From Candidatus Eiseniibacteriota bacterium (GTDB taxonomy: Bacteria > Eisenbacteria > RBG-16-71-46): a stretch of DNA of 64,000 nucleotides. The notes beneath the pieces were generated by a model. It had not been told where the DNA came from, did not search any database, and was given only the letters and a program-made list of their open reading frames with translations. The stretch is from NCBI GenBank assembly GCA_963725865.1, contig CAVSAC010000014.1, positions 32,001-96,000 on the forward strand, read 5' to 3'. Shown piece by piece: positions 22,566-33,796 of this stretch; within the stretch, counting starts at the first letter, position 1, and every line of letters begins with the position of its first letter. The position numbers and the translations under genes were made by a program.

Positions 22566-22594
22566 AGCCCCGCCTCGCGCGGGGCTTTCTCTTT
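22566..22594 (+). terminator. Rho-independent terminator with the same hairpin as 18236; probably also serves the convergent gene
   Basis: AGCCCCGC-ctcgc-GCGGGGCT-TTCTCTTT. Confidence 0.75.
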
Positions 22595-22630
22595 GTGCGC
22601 GGTACGGGCGAATGCGCCTGGCGATCGACC

Positions 22631-23089
22631 TCAGCGGAACGTGGCGGCGCCGGCCAGCGCCACCGCGCGAAGTTGTTCGGCCCGGGCGACGAAGGCGTCG
22701 ACCAGCGTGTTCGCGATCCGCTCGAACACGGGGCCGGCCAGCCGGCCGAGGACCGGGCTTGCGAAGTCGTAGCGCAGCGCGAACTCGATCTTGCACGCGT
22801 CGGCGGCCAACGGCGTCAGGTGCCAATCCCCTTCGAACCGGCGGAAGGGACCCCGCTCGAGTGTGATGGCCATGAATTCCGGCCGGCGCTTCGGGTTGCG
22901 CGTGGTGAAATCGAGACGGATGTTCCGGTAACTGACCCGTATGTCGGCGACGACGACGTGGTCATCGCGCTCGAGGACCCGGGTTCCGGCGCACCACGGC
23001 AGGAATTCCGGATAGCGCTCGGCGGCCTCGATCAGGTCGAACATCGTTTCGGCGGGAAAGCCGACCAGCGCTGACCTGCGGACCTCCAT
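22631..23089 (-). CDS. RatA/PasT/COQ10-like START (SRPBCC) domain protein
   Basis: VRRSALV..PAETMFDLI..AERYPEFLPWC, FTTRN, GPFRRFEGDW, ANTLVDAFVARA. Confidence 0.85.
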   Translation of the reverse strand: MEVRRSALVGFPAETMFDLIEAAERYPEFLPWCAGTRVLERDDHVVVADIRVSYRNIRLDFTTRNPKRRPEFMAITLERGPFRRFEGDWHLTPLAADACKIEFALRYDFASPVLGRLAGPVFERIANTLVDAFVARAEQLRAVALAGAATFR

Positions 23090-23153
23090 TGCCCCGCTCC
23101 CACCGCCCTGTTGAAGGATCACGCCCGGACCGACATGTCCCAATCGGGATACC

Positions 23154-23167
23154 TTGACGCAAATCAA
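23154..23167. promoter_or_regulatory. FNR box in a divergent intergenic region
   Basis: TTGAC-gcaa-ATCAA. Confidence 0.75.
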
Positions 23168-23272
23168 CCGCGTGCGCCAACGCCGCCGGACAAAATGTTA
23201 GCATTGCGCGGGCATCGACGGAGCGGTGTCTGATTCGCGCGCGGCGCGGATTCACGGGCAAAGGAGAACGGG

Positions 23273-23566
23273 ATGATCAAGTCGTTGGCGGTAGGAGTTG
23301 TCGCCGCGGCCGTGCTGTCGGCCGGCGGCGTCGCAATGGCAGCGAGCGGCGAGGAGATCGCGAAGAGCAGCGGTTGCCTCAACTGCCACGCGGTCGACAC
23401 GAAGAAGTTGGGGCCGTCGTTCAAGGAGACGGCGGCGAAGTACAAGGGGAAGGCCGACGCCGAAGCGACCCTGACGGCCAAGCTGTCCGGCGCCAAGGGG
23501 CACCCCGAGGTGAAGGCCAAGGGCGCCGACCTCACGACGGTGCTGAAGTGGGTCCTGGCGATGTAG
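23273..23566 (+). CDS. Small monoheme class I cytochrome c (c551/MtoD-like)
   Basis: AAGGAG RBS, signal peptide, GCLNCHAVDTKKLGPSFK..AAKYKG; GHP where MP is usual. Confidence 0.88.
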   Translation: MIKSLAVGVVAAAVLSAGGVAMAASGEEIAKSSGCLNCHAVDTKKLGPSFKETAAKYKGKADAEATLTAKLSGAKGHPEVKAKGADLTTVLKWVLAM

Positions 23567-23590
23567 GCAGGGGTGCCACATCGTGAAAGG

Positions 23591-23616
23591 AGGCCGGCGC
23601 ATGCCGGCCTTTTTTT
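23591..23616 (+). terminator. Rho-independent terminator
   Basis: AGGCCGGC-gcat-GCCGGCCT-TTTTTT. Confidence 0.85.
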
Positions 23617-23649
23617 CGCCGGCGCGGCAGCGGTCGCGCACGGCGATCC

Positions 23650-23686
23650 TTGACTACGATCAACGGCAGCTGCGACACGATGCCGC
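23650..23686. promoter_or_regulatory. FNR box plus RegA/RegR box upstream of the regA-like gene
   Basis: TTGAC-tacg-ATCAA (23650-23663) and GCGAC-acgat-GCCGC (23672-23686). Confidence 0.7.
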
Positions 23687-23699
23687 AGAATTCGTTCCG

Positions 23700-24267
23700 A
23701 TGGACATGAGAGCCGCAGGCGTACGCGATCGGGATGGACAGCCGCTGTTGCTGCTGGTCGATCAGGATGAAGTGCACGCGGCCTCGCTGTCCCATTCGCT
23801 GGCGTGCCGCGGCTTCGTGATCCGGGTCGCCCGCAGCATCGGCGAGGCGATCGGGGCCGCGAGTTCCAGCCCTCCCCAGTATGCGGTGGTCGACCTCAAG
23901 CTGCCGGATGGCTCGGGACTCAGGCTCGTTTCCGGGCTGCGCGCGCTCGACCCGCGCACGCGGGTCGTGGTGCTGACGGGGCACGGCAGCATCCCGTCCG
24001 CGGTCGAGGCGATCAAGCTCGGCGCGACACATTACCTGACCAAGCCGGCGACCACGGACGACCTCATTGCCGCGTTCGGGCGCGAAGCCGGGGACGACAG
24101 CGTGCCGGTGCGCGAGAAGCCGATGTCGATCGGTCGCCTCGAATGGGAGCACATCCAGTACGTGCTCGCGCGAGAATGGCGGCAACGTGTCCGCGACGGC
24201 ACGCGCGCTGTCGATGCACCGGCGCACGCTGCAGCGCAAGCTCGCGAAACACCCGGTCCGGAACTGA
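23700..24267 (+). CDS. regA: RegA/PrrA/ActR-family response regulator (indel near 24175)
   Basis: AVVDLKL.DGSGL, LTGHGSI..AVEAIKLGA.HYLTKP, RLEWEHIQ.VL, then GNVSATARALSMHRRTLQRKLAKHP. Confidence 0.85.
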
Positions 24268-24324
24268 CGACGCGCGAATCCGCGCCGCCGCCCGGCCGCG
24301 CGGTCGCCACGCGCGATCGCCCGC

Positions 24325-25473
24325 TCAGGAGTGCAGGTCGGCGGTGATCCGCCGCGCGCGCAGCGTCGTCGCAAAGCCGTTGCGGGCGCGCAAACGAGGA
24401 TCGTTGACGATGCCCCCGATCGTGCCGGCGATCACCATCACGACCCCGGCGAGGGGCAGGACCAGGATAAGGCCGGGAATTCCGGCGACTGCACCGCCGA
24501 CGAATATCAGGACCACCGTCGGCAGCGGATGCATGTGCAGGCTGCGGCCGACCGTCAGCGGCATGAACACGAAATCGTCGAGCAGGCGGACGACCAGGAA
24601 CAGCGCAACCGCCGCATAGACCACCCAGGGATCGGCCGGAAAGTCGGTGGCGGCCACCAGCACCACGATCGCGCAGCCGATGACGGACCCGACGAAAGGC
24701 ACCCATGCGAGCACGGCTGCCATCAGTCCCAGGGCGAACGCGTTCGGAACGCCGATCACCACGAGTCCCAGCGCGAGGCAAATCGTGTCGATTGCCGTCA
24801 GCTTGAGCAAGCCCTGGAAGTAGGCGCGGGCCGTGGCGTCCACGCGGTCGACCATGTACAGGGTCCGTTCGTAATACGCATTCGGAACCGCATCGCAGCA
24901 GAACTTGAGAAACCGCCGGCCGTCGCGCAGGAAGAAGAACGCGAGAAACGGCGCCAGCAGCAGGGCCGGCAGCGAGACGGCGGCGGAGAGCACAGCATCG
25001 GTGAGATGATCCTGCGCGTAGCTCCCGCCGAACGAGGCGATCTTCTTCCCCATCTCGGCGTGGAACTCCACGCGCTTCAGGAACGCGAACTGCGATTCCA
25101 GCATCGTCAGCGTGCGGTCGAGCAACCCCTGGCCCCCGGCGAGGTAGCGGGACAGCGCCTCTTCGCCGCTGACGGTCTGCGCCGCGAGCCAGGGCAGCGT
25201 CGGCACCATCGCCAGGACAGCGGCGAGAAAGAAGACGCCGGCAACGATCGCCGCGGAGGTCTCGCGTTCGACCCCGGCGAGCGTCAGGCGCCGCACCGCC
25301 GGGAACAATGCGTAATAGAGGATGATCGCCAGAAGGAACGGCACGACGAACCAGAGCGCCTGCTTCAGAAGGACCAGGAACAGCGTCGTGCAGACGATGG
25401 TCGCCACCCAGACCAGCGGGCCCGAGGACAGGTAGCGGCTCGGGCTCGGAGTTGCCGCCTTCCCCGGCCTCAC
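24325..25473 (-). CDS. AI-2E family transporter
   Basis: Multiple TM helices; PFLLAIILYYALFP, FFFLRDG, WVPFVG, MHPL..VLIFVGG.VAGIPGLIL.LP. Confidence 0.85.
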   Translation of the reverse strand: MRPGKAATPSPSRYLSSGPLVWVATIVCTTLFLVLLKQALWFVVPFLLAIILYYALFPAVRRLTLAGVERETSAAIVAGVFFLAAVLAMVPTLPWLAAQTVSGEEALSRYLAGGQGLLDRTLTMLESQFAFLKRVEFHAEMGKKIASFGGSYAQDHLTDAVLSAAVSLPALLLAPFLAFFFLRDGRRFLKFCCDAVPNAYYERTLYMVDRVDATARAYFQGLLKLTAIDTICLALGLVVIGVPNAFALGLMAAVLAWVPFVGSVIGCAIVVLVAATDFPADPWVVYAAVALFLVVRLLDDFVFMPLTVGRSLHMHPLPTVVLIFVGGAVAGIPGLILVLPLAGVVMVIAGTIGGIVNDPRLRARNGFATTLRARRITADLHS

Positions 25474-25946
25474 AGCGGCTTTCGTTCGCCCGGCGCCGAG
25501 CGGTCGCGGAGCTGGCGGCCGAGCTGGCGCGCGAGCTGCAGGGCGATCTTCGACGCGATCACCGCGTGCGTGTCGAGGAGGCTCTCGAAGTCGCCGCGTG
25601 CAAGCGATGCCAGCACGCAGTCCTCCGCCGCCCGCGCCTGCGCGGCGCGCGGCGCGTCATCGAGCAGCGCAAGCTCGCCGAAGACCACACCGGATTCGAT
25701 TTCGGTGATCTTTCCGGTTTCCGGCTCCCCCTGCCGGCAGATGAGCACGCGCCCCGCGATGACCACGTAGACGGTCTGCCCTTCCTCGCCCTCGTCGAAG
25801 ATGATCTCGCCCTTGAGATAGCGTCTTTCGTGGAGCATGCCATCGACGACGCGCAGCTCGGACCGCGACAGCGTCGCGAACAGGAAGAGCTGCCGGAGCG
25901 TGCCCAGGCGCGGCGTCTCCTTCCGGTCCAGGAAGAACCCCAGCAT
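25470..25946 (-). CDS. Stand-alone cyclic-nucleotide-binding domain protein
   Basis: IIFDEGEEG..VYVVIAGRV, FGELALLDDAPRAA. Confidence 0.85.
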   Translation of the reverse strand: MLGFFLDRKETPRLGTLRQLFLFATLSRSELRVVDGMLHERRYLKGEIIFDEGEEGQTVYVVIAGRVLICRQGEPETGKITEIESGVVFGELALLDDAPRAAQARAAEDCVLASLARGDFESLLDTHAVIASKIALQLARQLGRQLRDRSAPGERKPL

Positions 25947-26012
25947 CGATGACCCTCCACACGGCCCCCCGGACGCGGGGCAACGCCTGTCACTCTACAA
26001 CAGGTCGTCGGA

Positions 26013-26424
26013 CTACTTGCATTTCGGACGCTGGGGCGCGGCCCCCGGCCCGGCCTCGCGACTCGCCCCGGCCTCCTCGATCCGCTGCAGGTAACGGCGC
26101 CACATCTCGTCCTGGTTCGTGCCCAGCGTGTAGAAATAGTCCCACGAGAAGATGCCGGTATCGTGTCCGTCGGAGAATACCGGGCGCACGGCGTACGTGG
26201 CCGACCGGGTCGAGCTCGACGATCTCGACGTTCTTCTTGCCGACCTGCAGCACTTCCTGTCCCGGGCCGTGGCCGCGGACTTCCGCCGAGGGCGAATACA
26301 CGCGCAGGAACTCGCAGGGCATCCGGAAGCGCTTGCCGTCGGAGAAGGCGATCTCCAGCACGCGCGACTTCTGGTGCAGCAGGATCTCGGTGGGGGTGGG
26401 AGCGTCTTTGGTGAGCCCTGCCAT
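26013..26424 (-). CDS. DUF971 (GBBH-like N-terminal) protein (indel near 26200)
   Basis: EFLRVYSPSAEVRGHGPGQE and YAVRPVFSDGHDTGIFSWDY. Confidence 0.88.
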
Positions 26425-26437
26425 GGAACTTCCTCCT

Positions 26438-26758
26438 TCAATCCCAGCGGTTGTCGCGCACCTGGATCACGTCGCCTTCAACGCGCACGGGAAACGTGTC
26501 GGTCGGTTCGTACGCGGGCGCGGTCAGGGCCTCGCCGGTGCGGATGCAGAAGCGCGCGCCGTGGCGCGGGCAGACGATCACGTCGCCTTCGACCGTGCCA
26601 CCGGTGAGCTGTCCGCCGTCGTGGGTGCAGACGTCCGCGATCGCATAGTACCGTCCGTCGAGGTTGAACACCGCGATCTGCGTGCCGTCGAGGTCCGCGA
26701 CCCGCCATGCGCCCGGCGCGAGCTCGCCCACCCGCGCGACCGTCACCCAGTCGCTCAT
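26438..26758 (-). CDS. Rieske-type [2Fe-2S] ferredoxin
   Basis: CTH and CPRHGARF motifs. Confidence 0.9.
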   Translation of the reverse strand: MSDWVTVARVGELAPGAWRVADLDGTQIAVFNLDGRYYAIADVCTHDGGQLTGGTVEGDVIVCPRHGARFCIRTGEALTAPAYEPTDTFPVRVEGDVIQVRDNRWD

Positions 26759-26869
26759 GGTGTCGATCCGACGCGTCGGGGCTTTCGCCGGTGGGCGCAT
26801 GTTCATCCTAAGTCCACCGGCGAAGGCCCCAGACGCGGCGTGAAGCAAGACCGAAGCACTGGGACGGAT

Positions 26870-27432
26870 TCAGACCGCGACGACTTCGATGTCGGGCTCG
26901 ATCGACCGCACCAGGCTCTCGATGCCGACGAGCGTGCCCGATATCGAGCTCGGGCAGCTGCCGCACGCGCCCTGGTAGTGCACGGTCAGCCTGTTGCCTT
27001 CGAGACCGAGCACGTACAGGTCGCCGCCGTCGCCCTGCAGGTAGGGGCGGATCTGCTCATCGAGCAGCTCGTTGATCATGTCGAGCCGCTCCTGGTCCTC
27101 GGGGCTCAGGTCGGCGATCGCGGGTCGCGGCCGCGGCGGTGAGCCGCGCCGATTGCTCGCCCGCCGCCGGCGCGGCGCGGATCGGGTCGGCGACCGCGGC
27201 GCAGCAGCTCCTGCCAGTCGGCGCCGCCGTCCTGCGTGACCGTGATCCAGTGATCGACGTAGAACACGTTGGTCACATGCTCGATGTCGAACAGCGACGC
27301 GGCCAGCGGATCGTCCTTCGCCTGCTCGGCGTTGTCGTAGGAGCGCGCGATGCCCCAGGTCAGCGGCTCCTTGAGGATGAACTTCTTCGCGTTCGGATTC
27401 GGCGTGTCTTCGATGTCGGCGATTTTCGGCAT
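26870..27432 (-). CDS. Nfu/NifU-family Fe-S carrier (Nfu_N + NifU_C; indels)
   Basis: EDTPNPNAKKF...; IRPYLQGDGGD and GACGSCPSS. Confidence 0.87.
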
Positions 27433-27443
27433 GGCTGCTTCGG

Positions 27444-27934
27444 TCAGGCATCCGCCGATCGGCGCGTGCATCGGATCGTCTTCGGCTTCGGTCGAGGTGC
27501 TCGCGACCGAGTGGAGCGCCGCATGCAGCGTGTGCCAGGGCAGGATCGCGCATTTGACGCGCGTCGGCAGATCGCGCACGCCGGCGAACACCGTGAGCCG
27601 GCCGAGATGGTGCGCCTGCTTGGCGACATCGAGCTTGCCGGTCGCCATGTCGCGGAATTCCTGGATCAGCGTTTCCGCCTCCTGCGCGCGTCTTGCCCTT
27701 GACGTTCGCCGTCATCATCGACGCCGACGCCTTGCAGATCGCGCAGGACTCGCCCTGAAACGCGATGCCGTCGATGCGCTCGCCGTCGAGATTCAGCGCC
27801 ACGCTGAGATGGTCGCCGCACAGCGGATTGTGGCCCTCGGCCTGGTGGCTCGCCTGCGCCAGCGTCGCCGTAGTTGCGCGGCTTCCGGTTGTGGTCGAGG
27901 ATGACTTCCTGATACAGCGCTTTCGGGTCGGCCA

Positions 27935-27935
<1 letters not shown>
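27444..27935 (-). CDS. sufU: SUF-system NifU-family protein SufU (indels)
   Basis: LYQEVILDHNRKPRN, HNPLCGD, CAICKASASMM, RVKCAILPW. Confidence 0.85.
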
Positions 27936-29200
<1,265 letters not shown>

Positions 29201-29205
29201 GCGAG

Positions 29206-30533
29206 TCACGCGCCGGGTGCGGCGGTCTGGGTCTGCGCCAGCACCGTCTGCTCGAGCCGGTGCCGGAGCGAGGCGACGGGGATGCGCTCGATGATCTCGG
29301 CGCCGAACGCGTAGGTCAGCAGGTTGCGCGCCGCGGCATCGGACAGGCCGCGGCTCTTGAGATAGAACACTTCCTCGACGTCGAGCTGGCCGACGGTCGC
29401 GCCGTGCGCGCATTTCACGTCGTCGGCGAAGATCTCGAGCTGCGGCTTGGTGTCGACGTGCGCCTTGCCGCTGAGCAGCAGGTTGCGGCTCGATTGCGAC
29501 GAATCGGTGCGCTGCGCGCCGGGGCGCACCATGATCTTGCCGTTGAACACCGCGTGCGCGGCGCCGTCGACGATGCACTTGTGCAGCTGCCGGCTCGACG
29601 CCGTGCGGCATGGCATGGTCGATCGAGCGTGTGGGTGTCGGCGAGCTGGCGCGCCGCCGATCAGCGCCAGCCCGTCGATCGTGCACTCGGCGCCTTCGGC
29701 CGCCTGCAGCACGTTCAGGTTGTAGCGCGAGATGCGCGCGCCCAGCGCGACGCTCACCGACTGGATAGCGGCTCGCGTGCGCCAGCGACACCGCGCAGTT
29801 CGCGATGTGGAACGCCTCGGCGCCCTCGCGCTGCACCCGGACGTGGTCGACGCGCGCATTGCCGGCGAGCGCGATCTCGGTCACCGCGTTGGTGAAATAG
29901 GCTTCGTCCTGCAGCGCGACGAAGTCCTCGATCACCGTGACCGCGCTGCCGGCCTCCGCCACCACCAGGCAGCGCGGGTAGCTCGCCGCGTGCTTGCGCG
30001 TCGCGATGAACAGCAGATGCACCGGCGCCGCGAGCGCCAGTGTCGCGCGGCACGACGATCAGCGCGCCGTCGTGCAGGAATGCGGTGTTGAGCGCGGCGA
30101 ACGCGTTGTCGCTCGAATCCGGCGTGCCGGCCGAGATGCGCGCTGCACGCGCCGCGGCGTGCGCGGTCAGCGCCGCGGCCAGGTTCTCGACGACGATGCC
30201 GCTCCGGCGCGATCGTGAACGAATGCTCCGGCGCGTAGATGCCGTCGACGAATACCAGCCGGGTCGCCGCTTCGTCGGGATGGCCCACTGCTCGACGTCC
30301 GCGGCGCGCAGTGGCGGCTGCGCCGTCGCGCCGGCTGGAACGACAGCTTGGTGAGCGGCGAGATGTCGGTGAAGCGCCAGTCCTCGTCGCGCGTGGTCGG
30401 CACGGTCAGCGCGCCGACGCGGTCGACCGCGTCGCGCGCGCAGCTGATTGAGCCAGCGCCAGCGGGCTCGCCGGCAGCTGCGGCTGCCCGCGCAGCAGGC
30501 TGTCGAGATAGCCGCTGGTCGATGCGCGCGTGT

Positions 30534-30537
<4 letters not shown>
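29206..30537 (-). CDS. sufD: Fe-S cluster assembly protein SufD (multiple indels)
   Basis: [47 protein letters not shown]. Confidence 0.9.
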
Positions 30538-32773
<2,236 letters not shown>

Positions 32774-32827
32774 GGGTCTTGCTCCGACAGGCTGCCGGAC
32801 ACGAATGGCGTCTGGCGTGCCCCGGAT

Positions 32828-33171
32828 CTAGGCTTTGCTCGTTTCCTTGACGCTGAAGCTCTCGCCGCAGCCGCAGGTGCTGTCGACGTTGGGATTGTCG
32901 AACTTGAACATCTGCTTCAGGCCTTCCTTGACGAAATCGAGCGCGCGAGCCGTCGAGGAACGACAGCGCTGTCGGCGGCCACGACGACGCTTCGCGTCGT
33001 GCGCCTCGAACACCGGTCGTCGGCGCGCACTTCGTCGGCGTAGTCGAACGTATAGGCAAAGCCGGAGCAGCCGACCTTCTTGACGCCGACGCGCAGGCCG
33101 AGGCCCTTGCCGCGCTTCGCCAGCTGGGTCCGGATCTGCCTTGCCGCGCTTTCAGTCAGCGTGATCGCCAT
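32828..33171 (-). CDS. iscA: A-type Fe-S carrier IscA/SufA (indels)
   Basis: [22 protein letters not shown]...CGCGESF. Confidence 0.88.
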
Positions 33172-33192
33172 GGTGTCGTCTGCCTCGAGAGA

Positions 33193-33676
33193 TCAGACCG
33201 GGACCGTCGTCCGCTCGCGTTTCGGCAGCGTCTCGCGCATGTCCTGCACCTGCGCGACGCCGGACGCCTTCGCCTTCTGCTCGTCGACCAGCTGCTTCAG
33301 CGTCACCGCGCCGCAGATAGTCGAAAATGTGCTCGTTGAGCTTCGCCCACAGGTCGTGGGTGATGCATTTGTGCTCGTCGCGGCAGTTTTCCTTGCCGCC
33401 GCATTGCGTCGCGTCGATGGGTTCGTCGACCGCGAGGATGATGTCGGCGACCGACACCTCGCCCATGTCCTTGGCGAGGCGATAGCCGCCGCCCGGGCCG
33501 CGCACGCTGTCGACCAGCGCGCGCCGGCGCAGCTTGCCGAACAGCTGCTCGAGATAGGACAGCGAGATCTTCTGGCGCTCGCTGATTTCGGCCAGCGTCA
33601 CCGGGCCGCTGCCGTGCTGCATCGCGAGATCGATCATCGCCGTCACTGCAAAGCGCCCTTTCGTGGTCAGCCTCAT
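33193..33676 (-). CDS. iscR: Fe-S cluster transcription regulator IscR (Rrf2 family; indel near 33310)
   Basis: [37 protein letters not shown], ligand motif [11 protein letters not shown]...C.THDLW. Confidence 0.92.
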
Positions 33677-33721
33677 CGTGGACCTCTCATAAGAATCAGA
33701 TACCTACGCCGCCTCGGCGGA

Positions 33722-33774
33722 ATAGGTGATCAATTCGATCAAGTATAATATACCCGATTGATTTGATCAACAAT
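33722..33774. promoter_or_regulatory. Tandem IscR type-1-like operators
   Basis: Two 25-mers, ATAGGTGATCAATTCGATCAAGTAT (33722-33746) and ATACCCGATTGATTTGATCAACAAT (33750-33774), form an AT-rich patch directly upstream of iscR. Confidence 0.75.
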
Positions 33775-33796
33775 GGGGTCGGCAAGTTCCCGTCGC

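Noticed and set aside
22631..23089. Type II toxin-antitoxin module (RatAB)
   Set aside because: No antitoxin partner, and the family is better explained as Coq10-like
27106..27648. SufU-Nfu fusion suggested by the ORF track
   Set aside because: A stop in a neighbouring frame at 27444 and an ATG at 27432 fit two separate genes joined by one indel
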